From an uncultured bacterium (GTDB lineage: Bacteria > Cyanobacteriota > Vampirovibrionia > Gastranaerophilales > Gastranaerophilaceae), in contig CADAJP010000001.1 in assembly GCA_902788345.1 (NCBI GenBank), positions 153,795-217,794 of the forward strand: a stretch of DNA of 64,000 nucleotides, read 5' to 3'. Below, one piece after another: positions 18,236 through 27,626 of the stretch. A program made the translations under genes and the position numbers. The notes under the pieces were generated by a model. That model searched no databases. It was not told the origin of the DNA and was given only the letters and a program-made list of their open reading frames with translations. Positions within the stretch are counted from its first letter, which is position 1. Each line of letters starts with the position of its first letter.

Positions 18236-19459
18236 CTATGTATTTATTTTATCACAAATATCTTTCCTGTATTTTATGTCTTTATATTCAAATTCTTCAA
18301 TTGCCTGTGATATTTTATGTTTCGCTCTTGTGAGAGTCGGAGCTGTTTTGGTTAAAATTAAAGAAGATGAATATACATTATTCCCGTTTAAATATGTATT
18401 ACAAAAATCGATGTCATAATCATTTGTGTTTTTTATATCGATTAGTGATGTATTTATTTTTACTGATACTGATGAACAGTTATTTGTTTTAATTTGTTCG
18501 TATTCATCTGAAAAATATCCGTTTATGCAGGAATTTATAACATTTAAAATATTATCCTCGCATAAGTTCAGAATTGCTCTGGCATCGTGCTCCTGCAAGA
18601 ATGGTTTTATATCCTGCACAACAAATCGGTCATCATCTGTCAGAGTACATTCAAGTCCTATAATTCCCAAATATGCACATGAATTAAATTCAAAATTATT
18701 TATAATTTTTTCTGCAAGCCCTTTAATTCTTTCCGATACGGTTTCATTAATTCTGTATTCGGGAGAGTAACAGCCTATGCCGTCTGTATATTGTCCGCTT
18801 TTATCAGCATTTGTAAATTTGAAATTCCTGACTGAACCAAACGGGATTGCGCTGTATCCGTCAGAAATAAAATAGTATGTGCAGTTTGTTCCGTACGGGA
18901 ATTCCTGTATAAGTACATCTGTTTCGCCATTTGCAAATATTCTGTCAAGATAAGATTGTGCCTGCTTTATTGTGGTACAGATTGTATTTTGTTCTTGTGC
19001 CGATTGTTCTGTTTGCGTAATGATAAGCGGAAATGCTGCAGTTGTCAGATAGTCAATTGCCTGCGAATATTTAGAGAAGATTGCGAACTTTGGACACTGC
19101 GCTTTATTTTTGTATAAAAACTTTTGGCAGTTTGCTTTGTTTAAAAAGAATAAACAGGTTTTTCTTGACGGAGCAAATATATTTTGTCCGTTTGACTGGA
19201 AAAATTCAACTATATCGGATTTAAAAGCTCTTTTTGATATGGGAATTGTCAGAGTTATTTCATTTTCAAGAGCGAATTTTAACAATGATGTTATGTCATC
19301 ATCTCTGATATCTACACACTCATAGTAGTCAGTTTTGTATTCGCAGGAATCAGTAATAAATATTTTACCCGTATTTTCGTATTCATTCAGTTTTTTTGCC
19401 AGAGCCGATGCAACTGCCCCGTTCCCTACTATAAGAATGTTAATACTATCATTATTCAT
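18236..19459 (-). CDS. PurD-like ATP-grasp protein, divergent with degenerate motifs
   Basis: ILIVGNGAVASALAKKL aligns with PurD VIGNGGREHALAWKL. DGIGCYSPEY aligns with GGMGAYSPAP. DHKR is replaced by NFKF. Confidence 0.45.
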   Translation of the reverse strand: MNNDSINILIVGNGAVASALAKKLNEYENTGKIFITDSCEYKTDYYECVDIRDDDITSLLKFALENEITLTIPISKRAFKSDIVEFFQSNGQNIFAPSRKTCLFFLNKANCQKFLYKNKAQCPKFAIFSKYSQAIDYLTTAAFPLIITQTEQSAQEQNTICTTIKQAQSYLDRIFANGETDVLIQEFPYGTNCTYYFISDGYSAIPFGSVRNFKFTNADKSGQYTDGIGCYSPEYRINETVSERIKGLAEKIINNFEFNSCAYLGIIGLECTLTDDDRFVVQDIKPFLQEHDARAILNLCEDNILNVINSCINGYFSDEYEQIKTNNCSSVSVKINTSLIDIKNTNDYDIDFCNTYLNGNNVYSSSLILTKTAPTLTRAKHKISQAIEEFEYKDIKYRKDICDKINT

Positions 19460-19588
19460 AGGTGTATTATACTACATAATTTGAATGATTTTGTTAAGAA
19501 ATTTTAAATTTTTTTGATTTTAGGTGGTATAATTATGACAAACAGATATTAATTATTAAATAATAACTACAGTAGAAAGGTTGTATAT

Positions 19589-19828
19589 ATGGCAGGATTA
19601 GTTAATTTATTATCAAATGTATTTCAAGCACCGCAAGTTACTCAGGCACCTCCTGTAGTTAGAGAAGCTTCAAATCCATACGGAAATAATCCGTTTGTTA
19701 ATTATAGTGCCAGAAGTTTTCACACTCAATATTATGCTCAAAACAGACCTGTCAAAGGCGGATACTTTGCAGGTTATTATAACGGAAAACAAAATATAGT
19801 AGGCAGAAGGTTATTTGTGGAAGTTTAA
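19589..19828 (+). CDS. Small hypothetical protein containing an NPF motif
   Basis: Preceded by GAAAGG and an extended -10 (TGGTATAAT), and followed by a terminator. Contains NPYGNNPFVNY. Confidence 0.45.
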   Translation: MAGLVNLLSNVFQAPQVTQAPPVVREASNPYGNNPFVNYSARSFHTQYYAQNRPVKGGYFAGYYNGKQNIVGRRLFVEV

Positions 19829-19852
19829 TTATTTCTCAAAGAAAAGGATTTT

Positions 19853-19885
19853 AAAAACGGCATACTTTTAAGATATGCCGTTTTT
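19853..19885. terminator. Bidirectional terminator
   Basis: aaaaaCGGCATActtttaagaTATGCCGttttt. Confidence 0.75.
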
Positions 19886-19902
19886 GTTATCTTTTTTTAT
19901 TT

Positions 19903-21144
19903 TTATTTATCGCTTATATAACCATTAATTGCCGAATAAGCTGCAACATAAGGACTTGATAGATATATAAATCCTTTTGTGTTTCCCAGTCTTCCGATAA
20001 AGTTTCGGTTTTGAGTTGTTAAGCAAACTTCCCCGTCTGCAAGTATTCCTGCGTGAATTCCAACACAAGGACCGCACCCCGGAGGCAAAATTGTTGCATT
20101 CGCATCAATAAATGTTTCAAGCAAGCCTTCTTTTAAAGCTTGTTTATATACAGTTCTTGAAGCAGGACAAATAAGCATTCTGACGCCTTCATGGACTTTT
20201 TTGTCTTTTAGGATTTTTGCAACTACACGCATATCTTCAATTCTGCCGTTTGTACATGTTCCGACATATACCTGATTAACTTTTACATCATTGAGCTCTT
20301 TTGCAAGTTTTGTATTATCGACTGTGTGAGGGCAAGAAACTGTATGTTCTATTTTTGAAGCATCAATTTCGATGACTTTTTCATAATTGGCATCTTCATC
20401 AGGCGTTATTGTCTTAAATTTATCACCTCTGCCTTTTTCTTCAAGATATGCTTTTGTTTTTTCATCAGCGACAAATAAACCGCATTTTGCTCCGGCTTCC
20501 ACAGCCATATTCGCAATGGTAAATCTGTCTGCCATTTCCATATTATCAACGGTTTCTCCGCAAAATTCCAAAGCTTTGTATGTTGCACCGTCTGCTCCTA
20601 TCATTCCGATAAGGTGCAATATTAAGTCTTTTGCGCAAATTCCCTCTCTAAATTTTCCGGTTACAACAACTTTAAATGTTTGAGGAACTTTGAGCCATGT
20701 TTTACCTAAAGCCATTGCAACAGCAATATCGGTTGAGCCCATTCCTGTTGCAAAAGCTCCTAAAGCACCTGATGTGCAGGTATGAGAATCTGCACCGACT
20801 AGTATTTCACAAGGGTTTACAAAACTTTCTACAAGTCTTTGATGGCAAACACCTGAGCCAACTTCAGACAAAACTGCACCATAATCTTTTGAAAAATCTC
20901 TCAAGGTTGTGTGCATATTTGATAGTTCTTTTCTCGGACTTGGCGATGCGTGGTCAATAAATAATATTGTGCGTTCAGGATTAAATAACTTATCTTTGCC
21001 AAGCTTTTTAAATTCTTCTACTGTCAGCGGACCTGTGCCGTCTTGTACTGCACAAACATCAACATTTGCTATAACAAGTTCCCCTGCTCTGACATTGTGA
21101 TCAGAGTGCATTGATATTATTTTTTCTACTAAAGTTTGTCCCAT
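19903..21144 (-). CDS. leuC: 3-isopropylmalate/homoaconitate dehydratase large subunit (aconitase family)
   Basis: VGADSHTCT, GTCTNGR and PGCGPCVG cluster ligand motifs. No small subunit lies adjacent. Confidence 0.85.
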   Translation of the reverse strand: MGQTLVEKIISMHSDHNVRAGELVIANVDVCAVQDGTGPLTVEEFKKLGKDKLFNPERTILFIDHASPSPRKELSNMHTTLRDFSKDYGAVLSEVGSGVCHQRLVESFVNPCEILVGADSHTCTSGALGAFATGMGSTDIAVAMALGKTWLKVPQTFKVVVTGKFREGICAKDLILHLIGMIGADGATYKALEFCGETVDNMEMADRFTIANMAVEAGAKCGLFVADEKTKAYLEEKGRGDKFKTITPDEDANYEKVIEIDASKIEHTVSCPHTVDNTKLAKELNDVKVNQVYVGTCTNGRIEDMRVVAKILKDKKVHEGVRMLICPASRTVYKQALKEGLLETFIDANATILPPGCGPCVGIHAGILADGEVCLTTQNRNFIGRLGNTKGFIYLSSPYVAAYSAINGYISDK

Positions 21145-21423
21145 AATTTATCCCTCTTTTTTTATTTATTTTATCACGAAAATATTATGAAAATGTTTTT
21201 AACCTCGAATATCAAAATTTTGTTTATAAATTATGAATCTGTTATTTATTAACAAAGTGTAACAAACTAAATCTCTTTTTTATAATCACTTGCAAATCAT
21301 TTTTTTTTATAATAGTATCAATATACTAACGTGCGTTTGTGTGGATTTTTATGTGGAAAAAATCATTATCACACAAATTAAGGAATTGTAAGTAGCAAAC
21401 ATAATAATATAAAGGAAAATGAT

Positions 21424-21780
21424 ATGATTAACCCTGTTATTGATGAATTAGAAAAAGAATATTTAAAATCTGAATTACCTACATTCAATGCCGGTGATAC
21501 AGTTAAAGTTTTTGTAAAAATCGTTGAAGGTAACAAAGAAAGAATTCAGGCTTTTGAAGGTACTATTATTAAACTTCACGGTTCAGGTTTAAACAAAACT
21601 ATTACAGTAAGAAAAGTATTCCAAGGTGTTGGTGTTGAACGTGTATTCTTGGTAAATTCTCCGAGAATTGACAGAATTGAAGTTTTAAGACGCGGTGATG
21701 TTAAACGTTCAAAACTTTACTATTTAAGAGAACGTTCTGGTAAAGCTACACGTATTAAGGAAAAAATTGAAAAGAAATAA
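21424..21780 (+). CDS. rplS: 50S ribosomal protein L19
   Basis: [30 protein letters not shown]...[24 protein letters not shown]. Confidence 0.95.
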   Translation: MINPVIDELEKEYLKSELPTFNAGDTVKVFVKIVEGNKERIQAFEGTIIKLHGSGLNKTITVRKVFQGVGVERVFLVNSPRIDRIEVLRRGDVKRSKLYYLRERSGKATRIKEKIEKK

Positions 21781-22618
21781 GACACATATTCACTGGTATC
21801 CGGGGCATATAGCCAAAGCCGAAAGGAAACTGAAAGAACAGCTTTCTTTAGTGGATTGTGTGATAGAAGTAGTTGATGCAAGATTACCTCTGTCAAGCAG
21901 ATATGATAATATTTCGGGACTTCTTAATCAGAAGCCCCGTTTTTTACTTGTTAATAAGGCTGATTTGGTTGATAAGAATGAACTTTCAAAGTTTATTGAA
22001 TTTTTAAAAGAAGATACAAAAACTGCGGTTATTCCTACTACTTCAAAAAATTCAAAAGACATGAATGTTATTGTTAAAGAAGCCGTCAGGCTTGCTGAAC
22101 CGAGAATACAGGCAATAATGGCTAAAGGGTTATTAAGACGACCTGCAAGAATAATGGTTGTAGGGCTTCCAAATGTCGGTAAATCAAGTATAATTAACAA
22201 GTTGACAAAATCCTCCAAAACAAAAACCGGTGCAAAAGCAGGAGTTACACGCCAGCAGCAATGGGTAAGAATAAATCCGCAGCTTGAACTGTTGGACACT
22301 CCGGGGATAATACCAATGAAACAGGAAGATCAGGAACGTGCAATTAAGCTCGCATTTGTTAATTCTGTCGGGGATAATGCGTATTCAAATGAGCCTGTTG
22401 CAAGAGAGCTTTTGAATATTCTGAATGACAAACAGATTAATGTGTTTAAAGAATATTATAATATTCCGCCTGAACAAGAGTTAACATTGGAAAATGTTGC
22501 ACTTTCAAGAAAATGGCTTATTCAAAATAATGAAACCGATAATGAGCGCACAGCAGGATATATTTTAAAAGATTTCAGAGATGGCAAAATCGGTAAATTT
22601 ATCCTTGATAATCTGTAA
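21767..22618 (+). CDS. rbgA: Ribosome biogenesis GTPase A (YlqF/RbgA, circularly permuted GTPase)
   Basis: NKADL precedes [14 protein letters not shown] and DTPGI. It overlaps rplS by 14 nt, keeping the conserved rplS-ylqF order. Confidence 0.9.
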   Translation: MKRNKTHIHWYPGHIAKAERKLKEQLSLVDCVIEVVDARLPLSSRYDNISGLLNQKPRFLLVNKADLVDKNELSKFIEFLKEDTKTAVIPTTSKNSKDMNVIVKEAVRLAEPRIQAIMAKGLLRRPARIMVVGLPNVGKSSIINKLTKSSKTKTGAKAGVTRQQQWVRINPQLELLDTPGIIPMKQEDQERAIKLAFVNSVGDNAYSNEPVARELLNILNDKQINVFKEYYNIPPEQELTLENVALSRKWLIQNNETDNERTAGYILKDFRDGKIGKFILDNL

Positions 22619-23023
22619 TTAACTGTGTATCTGAAACGGACACTTGGTACAATGAGCTTTTGGATGCAGTACAAGATTGTCTTCCAAATCATATAATTTT
22701 GCTATGCGTGTTACTAACGGTGCTCCGCATTTTGGGCATTTTAATCCCCCTGCACCGTTAAGTATCAATTCTTTAAGGCTTTCTATTATTTCTGCAGAAA
22801 CTATATCACTTGAAATATCTTTTTCGTATGTTTTAATTTCGTCAGGCTCACACTTCAGAACTTTAGCTAATGCCTGTCTGACAGTTGTTGATAAAAATAA
22901 AACCTTACCTTCTTCTATTTCATCAATGTCATTTAATGGTATATTAGCACTTATTGCAAGTGCTTTTCTCGTAAGATCAAGTTCTTCTCTTTTTGTTGAT
23001 ATAAATTTTGCAAGTGTTTTCAT
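22619..23023 (-). CDS. XRE-type HTH protein with a C-terminal zinc ribbon
   Basis: The N-terminal LTRKALAISANIPLNDIDEIEEGK is an HTH. The C-terminus has CPKCGAP...CTKCP. Confidence 0.6.
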   Translation of the reverse strand: MKTLAKFISTKREELDLTRKALAISANIPLNDIDEIEEGKVLFLSTTVRQALAKVLKCEPDEIKTYEKDISSDIVSAEIIESLKELILNGAGGLKCPKCGAPLVTRIAKLYDLEDNLVLHPKAHCTKCPFQIHS

Positions 23024-23057
23024 ATTTGCATGATAACATGATTTGTCTTTCGGTAAT

Positions 23058-23081
23058 ATATGTTAAGAAATGTTAACATAT
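23058..23081. promoter_or_regulatory. Inverted repeat and candidate operator upstream of the HTH gene
   Basis: ATATGTTAA-gaaatg-TTAACATAT, 35-58 nt upstream of start codon 23023. Confidence 0.35.
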
Positions 23082-23143
23082 TATTAATCCTCAAAACTCA
23101 CTAATATCAATACTTTTGAATTTTATAAAAAATATTTTTTCTT

Positions 23144-23188
23144 AAAAAGGCAATTTTTTAAAATGTAAATACTTTATATATACACAGG
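23144..23188 (+). promoter_or_regulatory. Copy B of the recurrent promoter-like motif
   Basis: aaaaagGCAATT-ttttaaaatgtaaat-ACTTTATATATACACAGG. Confidence 0.55.
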
Positions 23189-23216
23189 GGATATTAAAAA
23201 CACGGGGAACGGAAAA

Positions 23217-24323
23217 ATGATTTCAAATTTATCAATTGCAAATGCACCATATTTAGGATTACCTGGAACAGGTGTCGTTGATTTAGCAGGAAGAACTCAT
23301 ATCTTCACTAATGATCAATTTGGTTCTACTTCAAACGGCGGTATGACATTATTTGGTCAGCAGGGTGCAACACATATTGGTACTGATTATACAGCACCGG
23401 CTGCTCAACCAAATCCATTCGCAGTTGTAAATCAAGCTCAAAGTATGTTAGCTGAAGTTTTCAACAAACTTACTTCAAGCAATATTGATTCAGCATTAGG
23501 TGCATTGACTACTCAAAAAAATCAATTGATCTCTAAATACAATAGCGGTAATGCTTCAAATGAACTTAAAACTGTTATTAAAGAACAAGTAGATCAACTT
23601 GAAAATTATGAAAGACAATTAAACTATTTGAAAGCTAACGGCGGAAACTTAGATCCTCAAACAGCTTATCAAAGATCTGAATACATCAAACACGGTGTTA
23701 CTAATTTAATCAATTTAAGCACAACAACAATCAAGGCTATGGAAGCTCAATCTACCCAAGCAACTCAACAAGCTTCTGAAACTCAACAAGGTCAAAAACC
23801 TGAAGAAGATTCATTAGAAGCAAAAGCTCAAAAAGTTAAAAATGACAATATTTACACAAGAGCAGGCGAAGATGACTTAAATCCTGATGAAGTTTCCGGT
23901 AAATATTATGACGAATTGATAAAAGATTTATATGATTCAATGAAGGGTATCGGAACTGACGACAAAAAACTTGAAGAATCAATGAACAAAATCAATAAAA
24001 ACAATGTAATTGAACTTATGTTCATGTGGAATCAAAAATATCCAAATGAATCTTTAATGGAAATGTTTATGGCAGACGCAGGTTCTCATCAGAAAAAAGA
24101 ATTTGGTGAAAAGGTTGCAACCGCATTAGAACAAGCAGCAGCTGATTTAGGTGTTGACTTATCAAATGATGAAGATATGAAAGCAATCAAAAAAGAAGTA
24201 CACAACAGCTGGTTCTGGATTAACAATGATGTAGCTGACAACTATAACAATATCGTTAAAAAGTTATTGGCAGCTGCAGGAGTTGAATATAACTACTCTC
24301 CATACTCAATGTTTTCAAAATAA
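23217..24323 (+). CDS. Hypothetical protein with one annexin-like repeat near the C-terminus
   Basis: DLYDSMKGIGTDDKKLEESMNKINKNNVIELMFMWNQKYPNESLMEMFMADAGSHQKKEF compares with the annexin consensus L..AMKG.GTDE..LI.IL..R......I...Y....G..L...I..E.SG. No signal peptide. Confidence 0.6.
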   Translation: MISNLSIANAPYLGLPGTGVVDLAGRTHIFTNDQFGSTSNGGMTLFGQQGATHIGTDYTAPAAQPNPFAVVNQAQSMLAEVFNKLTSSNIDSALGALTTQKNQLISKYNSGNASNELKTVIKEQVDQLENYERQLNYLKANGGNLDPQTAYQRSEYIKHGVTNLINLSTTTIKAMEAQSTQATQQASETQQGQKPEEDSLEAKAQKVKNDNIYTRAGEDDLNPDEVSGKYYDELIKDLYDSMKGIGTDDKKLEESMNKINKNNVIELMFMWNQKYPNESLMEMFMADAGSHQKKEFGEKVATALEQAAADLGVDLSNDEDMKAIKKEVHNSWFWINNDVADNYNNIVKKLLAAAGVEYNYSPYSMFSK

Positions 24324-24424
24324 TAAATCATAAAATATAAATACACGAATTACCAAAAAAAATATCCACCACATAAATATTCTCATAATATGAAATAAGG
24401 TTAGGTAGTTAGTGTAGAAAATTT

Positions 24425-24450
24425 ATCCCGCAATTTGCGGGATTTTTTTT
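24425..24450 (+). terminator. Terminator
   Basis: ATCCCGCAAttTGCGGGATtttttttt. Confidence 0.8.
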
Positions 24451-25975
24451 ATTCCATACGTTTTTTCTCGCCAAGTCTTTTTTGGTTATAGCCATAGAAT
24501 ACATATATGAGTAATCCGGCTACCAGCCAAAATACAAAGTATAAAGATGATGTTTGGAGTGTTTTCATTGAGAATACAATAAGAACACCGCATATAATCA
24601 TACCTAAAATTGGAAACCACGGACAAAGCGGAACTTTAAACGGTCTTGGTCTGTTCGGTTCTGTTTTTCTTAATATTAAAACAGCAAGGCAGATAATAAC
24701 AAAAGATGTAAATGTTCCGAAATTACATAATGCAGCAGATATATTCAAATCCATAAATAAACCGCAAACAATTACTACAATACCTGATATCCAGGTCATA
24801 ATGTGCGGTGTTTTATATTTTTTATGTATCATTCTCCATGAACGAGGCAAAAATTTGTCACGACTGATAGCATACAGAATTCTTGTTGTTCCGAGTTGAT
24901 ATACAAGCAAAACCGTAGTTAAAGCACATAAAGCCCCAACTGAAATTAGCCCTGCAAACCAGTCTTTGCCGATATAACTCATAGCGTGTGCAATTGGTGC
25001 GGTTACATCAATTTTATTAACAGGTACAATTCCTGTTAAAACTAATGCAACGCTTACATATAAAATTGTGCATATAATCAGTGTGCCTAAAATCGCAACA
25101 GGTAAATCTCTTTGAGGGTTTTCAGTTTCTTCTGCAGTTGTTGAAATTGCATCAAAACCAATATAGGCAAAAAATATTAAAAATGCTCCCATTATTATCC
25201 CTGTCGGGTCTGTAGGAAAAAATGGCGTCCAGTTTTCAGGCTTTACATAAAATGCTCCGACAATTATAAATGACAATATCATAAACATATTTACGCCAAC
25301 CATTATACTTGCAACTTTTGTTGATTCTTTTATGCCTCTTATAAGAAGCATTGTTAATATGATTACTATTGTAACAGCAGGAAGGCTTATTGCTATTGGT
25401 ATATGACCAAAAAGATAAGGTATTTTATCGTGTATATCCCATCCGTTTGTGCTGCATATATTTGCCAATGTTCTGTAATCATATCTTAACCATATTGGGA
25501 AATTTACAACAAAATCAGGCAAATATTGTTTAAAACCTTTTAGTAACTGAATAAAATAGCCTGTCCAAGCGCTTGCAACTGTTATATTCCCGATGGCATA
25601 TTCAAGCATTAATATCCAGCCTATCATCCACGCCATAAATTCACCCATAGTTGCATATGTGTATGTATAAGCACTGCCTGCAACCGGAATCATTGCGGCT
25701 ATTTCCGAATAACATAAAGCTGAAAACACGCACGCTATAGCTGCTAAAACCATTGATATAATAATCGCAGGTCCGGCACCTGCACTTTCGGTGCTTCCTG
25801 TAATAGCTGTACCTATAATTGTAAAAATACCCGTACCGACAACTGCGCCTATGCCTATAATTATCAGATCAAAAACATTCAGAGTCTTTTTTAATTCTGA
25901 ATTTTTACTTGTAGAGACAAGTTCATCAATACTGCGTTTTTTTAATATATTTCGGCTAATTTCTTTAAAATTCAT
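24449..25975 (-). CDS. APC-superfamily amino-acid permease (paralogue 2)
   Basis: About 12 TM segments. It shares motifs with the upstream paralogue, including GAGPA, MIPVAGSAYTY and FFAYIGFDA. Confidence 0.85.
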   Translation of the reverse strand: MNFKEISRNILKKRSIDELVSTSKNSELKKTLNVFDLIIIGIGAVVGTGIFTIIGTAITGSTESAGAGPAIIISMVLAAIACVFSALCYSEIAAMIPVAGSAYTYTYATMGEFMAWMIGWILMLEYAIGNITVASAWTGYFIQLLKGFKQYLPDFVVNFPIWLRYDYRTLANICSTNGWDIHDKIPYLFGHIPIAISLPAVTIVIILTMLLIRGIKESTKVASIMVGVNMFMILSFIIVGAFYVKPENWTPFFPTDPTGIIMGAFLIFFAYIGFDAISTTAEETENPQRDLPVAILGTLIICTILYVSVALVLTGIVPVNKIDVTAPIAHAMSYIGKDWFAGLISVGALCALTTVLLVYQLGTTRILYAISRDKFLPRSWRMIHKKYKTPHIMTWISGIVVIVCGLFMDLNISAALCNFGTFTSFVIICLAVLILRKTEPNRPRPFKVPLCPWFPILGMIICGVLIVFSMKTLQTSSLYFVFWLVAGLLIYVFYGYNQKRLGEKKRME

Positions 25976-27585
25976 TATTTATTACTTTCTTCTTTTAAAA
26001 AACCATGAACTAATTCTCTGTGAATTTTATTTTCATTATCTCTGTTTCTTATAAATCCGTAGAGAAGATATATAATAGCTCCAACACCAAGCCATACAGG
26101 AAATAACAACGCAGAACCTCCTGCCTGCATAGATTTATATGCCATTAAGCCTCCGCAGCACAAAATACCCAACAATGGTGTAACAGGTGAAAATGGAACC
26201 TTAAACGGTCTTGGTCTTTTTGGATCTGTATGTCTTAGTATTAAAACAGCAACGCATACAATAATAAATGATGTAAATGTACCATAATTACATAATTCTG
26301 CCGCAACATTAAGATTTAATGTTAAAATACCGATAACCGCAAGTCCTCCGACTGTCCATGTTAAAAGTGCAGGAGTTTTGTATTTAGGGTGTATTTTCTG
26401 AAATCTTTTTGAAATAAAATGATCTCTGCTCATTGCAAATAAAATTCTTGTTGCAGCCATTTCAAGTACCAATAATACAGATGTCAACCCTGCAAGTGAG
26501 CCTACTGAAATTAAACATGCCAATTTGTCGTGATGAATAATATTCATACAATAAACCATTGGTGCCTTTAAAAATTCAATAGGTGTGCTTACGGTTGTAT
26601 CAACCATACCAGTTAATACTAAAGCTACAAGAACATAGACAACTGTAGTCAATGCAAGTGATCCTATAATGCCTACAGGTAAATCCTTTTGAGGATTTTT
26701 ACATTCTTCGGCCGCCGTTGCCAGTGCATCAAATCCGATATATGCAAAAAAGATTAAAAATGCGGCAGAACAAATACCTGCAAATCCGTTTGGAGCAAAA
26801 GTATGTGCATTAAATGGCAGCCAATGAGGCGGAGTGTGTGCAAAAGATAAAGCTCCAACCAATACAAATAAAAAGATTACTGCAAGTTTTATAAATACCA
26901 TTATACCCGCCATTTTGGCAGAATCTTTTGTACCTTTTACCAAGATTGCGGTTATTATCAGTACAATCAAAATTGCAGGAATATTTATACATATAGGCAC
27001 ACCAAACAATGTAGGTACAGAAATTTGCGGATTTTCCGCAGCAATCTTTGAAACTGTAAATACATCATTTGTTAACCAAACAGGTGGATGAACAATCCAG
27101 CTTGGCAGACTTTTTTCAAATAATTGTAAAAACTGCATAAGATAATTTGACCATGCACAAGCAACCGCAATAAATCCGATTGCATATTCCAACATCAAAA
27201 CCCAGCCAACCATCCACGCCGCAAATTCACCTAATGTTGCAAAGGTATATGTATAAGCACCACCTGCAACAGGTATCATTGTTGCGAATTCTGAATAGCA
27301 CAAAGCTGAAAATATACAGGCAATAGCTGCGATAATCATTGAAACCATCAATGCAGGACCAGCACCTAATGAAGATCCGTCACCCGCCGCAGCAATACCG
27401 ACAACAGCAAATATACCTGAGCCTATAATTGCACCGACTCCAAGGATAATTAAATCCCATACGCCAAGTGTTTTTTCAAGCCCGTCAGCTTTTGCTTCTG
27501 CTATCATTTCGTCAGGGTTTTTAATTCTTGTAATGTTTTTCAAAAAATTGCGAGTAAATGTCGCTCTGTTAAATTTTTCAGCCAT
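25975..27585 (-). CDS. APC-superfamily amino-acid permease (paralogue 1)
   Basis: Same motif set (MIPVAGGAYTY, FFAYIGFDA). The stop overlaps the paralogue 2 start by 1 nt. Confidence 0.85.
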   Translation of the reverse strand: MAEKFNRATFTRNFLKNITRIKNPDEMIAEAKADGLEKTLGVWDLIILGVGAIIGSGIFAVVGIAAAGDGSSLGAGPALMVSMIIAAIACIFSALCYSEFATMIPVAGGAYTYTFATLGEFAAWMVGWVLMLEYAIGFIAVACAWSNYLMQFLQLFEKSLPSWIVHPPVWLTNDVFTVSKIAAENPQISVPTLFGVPICINIPAILIVLIITAILVKGTKDSAKMAGIMVFIKLAVIFLFVLVGALSFAHTPPHWLPFNAHTFAPNGFAGICSAAFLIFFAYIGFDALATAAEECKNPQKDLPVGIIGSLALTTVVYVLVALVLTGMVDTTVSTPIEFLKAPMVYCMNIIHHDKLACLISVGSLAGLTSVLLVLEMAATRILFAMSRDHFISKRFQKIHPKYKTPALLTWTVGGLAVIGILTLNLNVAAELCNYGTFTSFIIVCVAVLILRHTDPKRPRPFKVPFSPVTPLLGILCCGGLMAYKSMQAGGSALLFPVWLGVGAIIYLLYGFIRNRDNENKIHRELVHGFLKEESNK

Positions 27586-27626
27586 TTTTAATCCTTATTT
27601 TAAGCTATTTAAGTGCCAAAAGTTTA

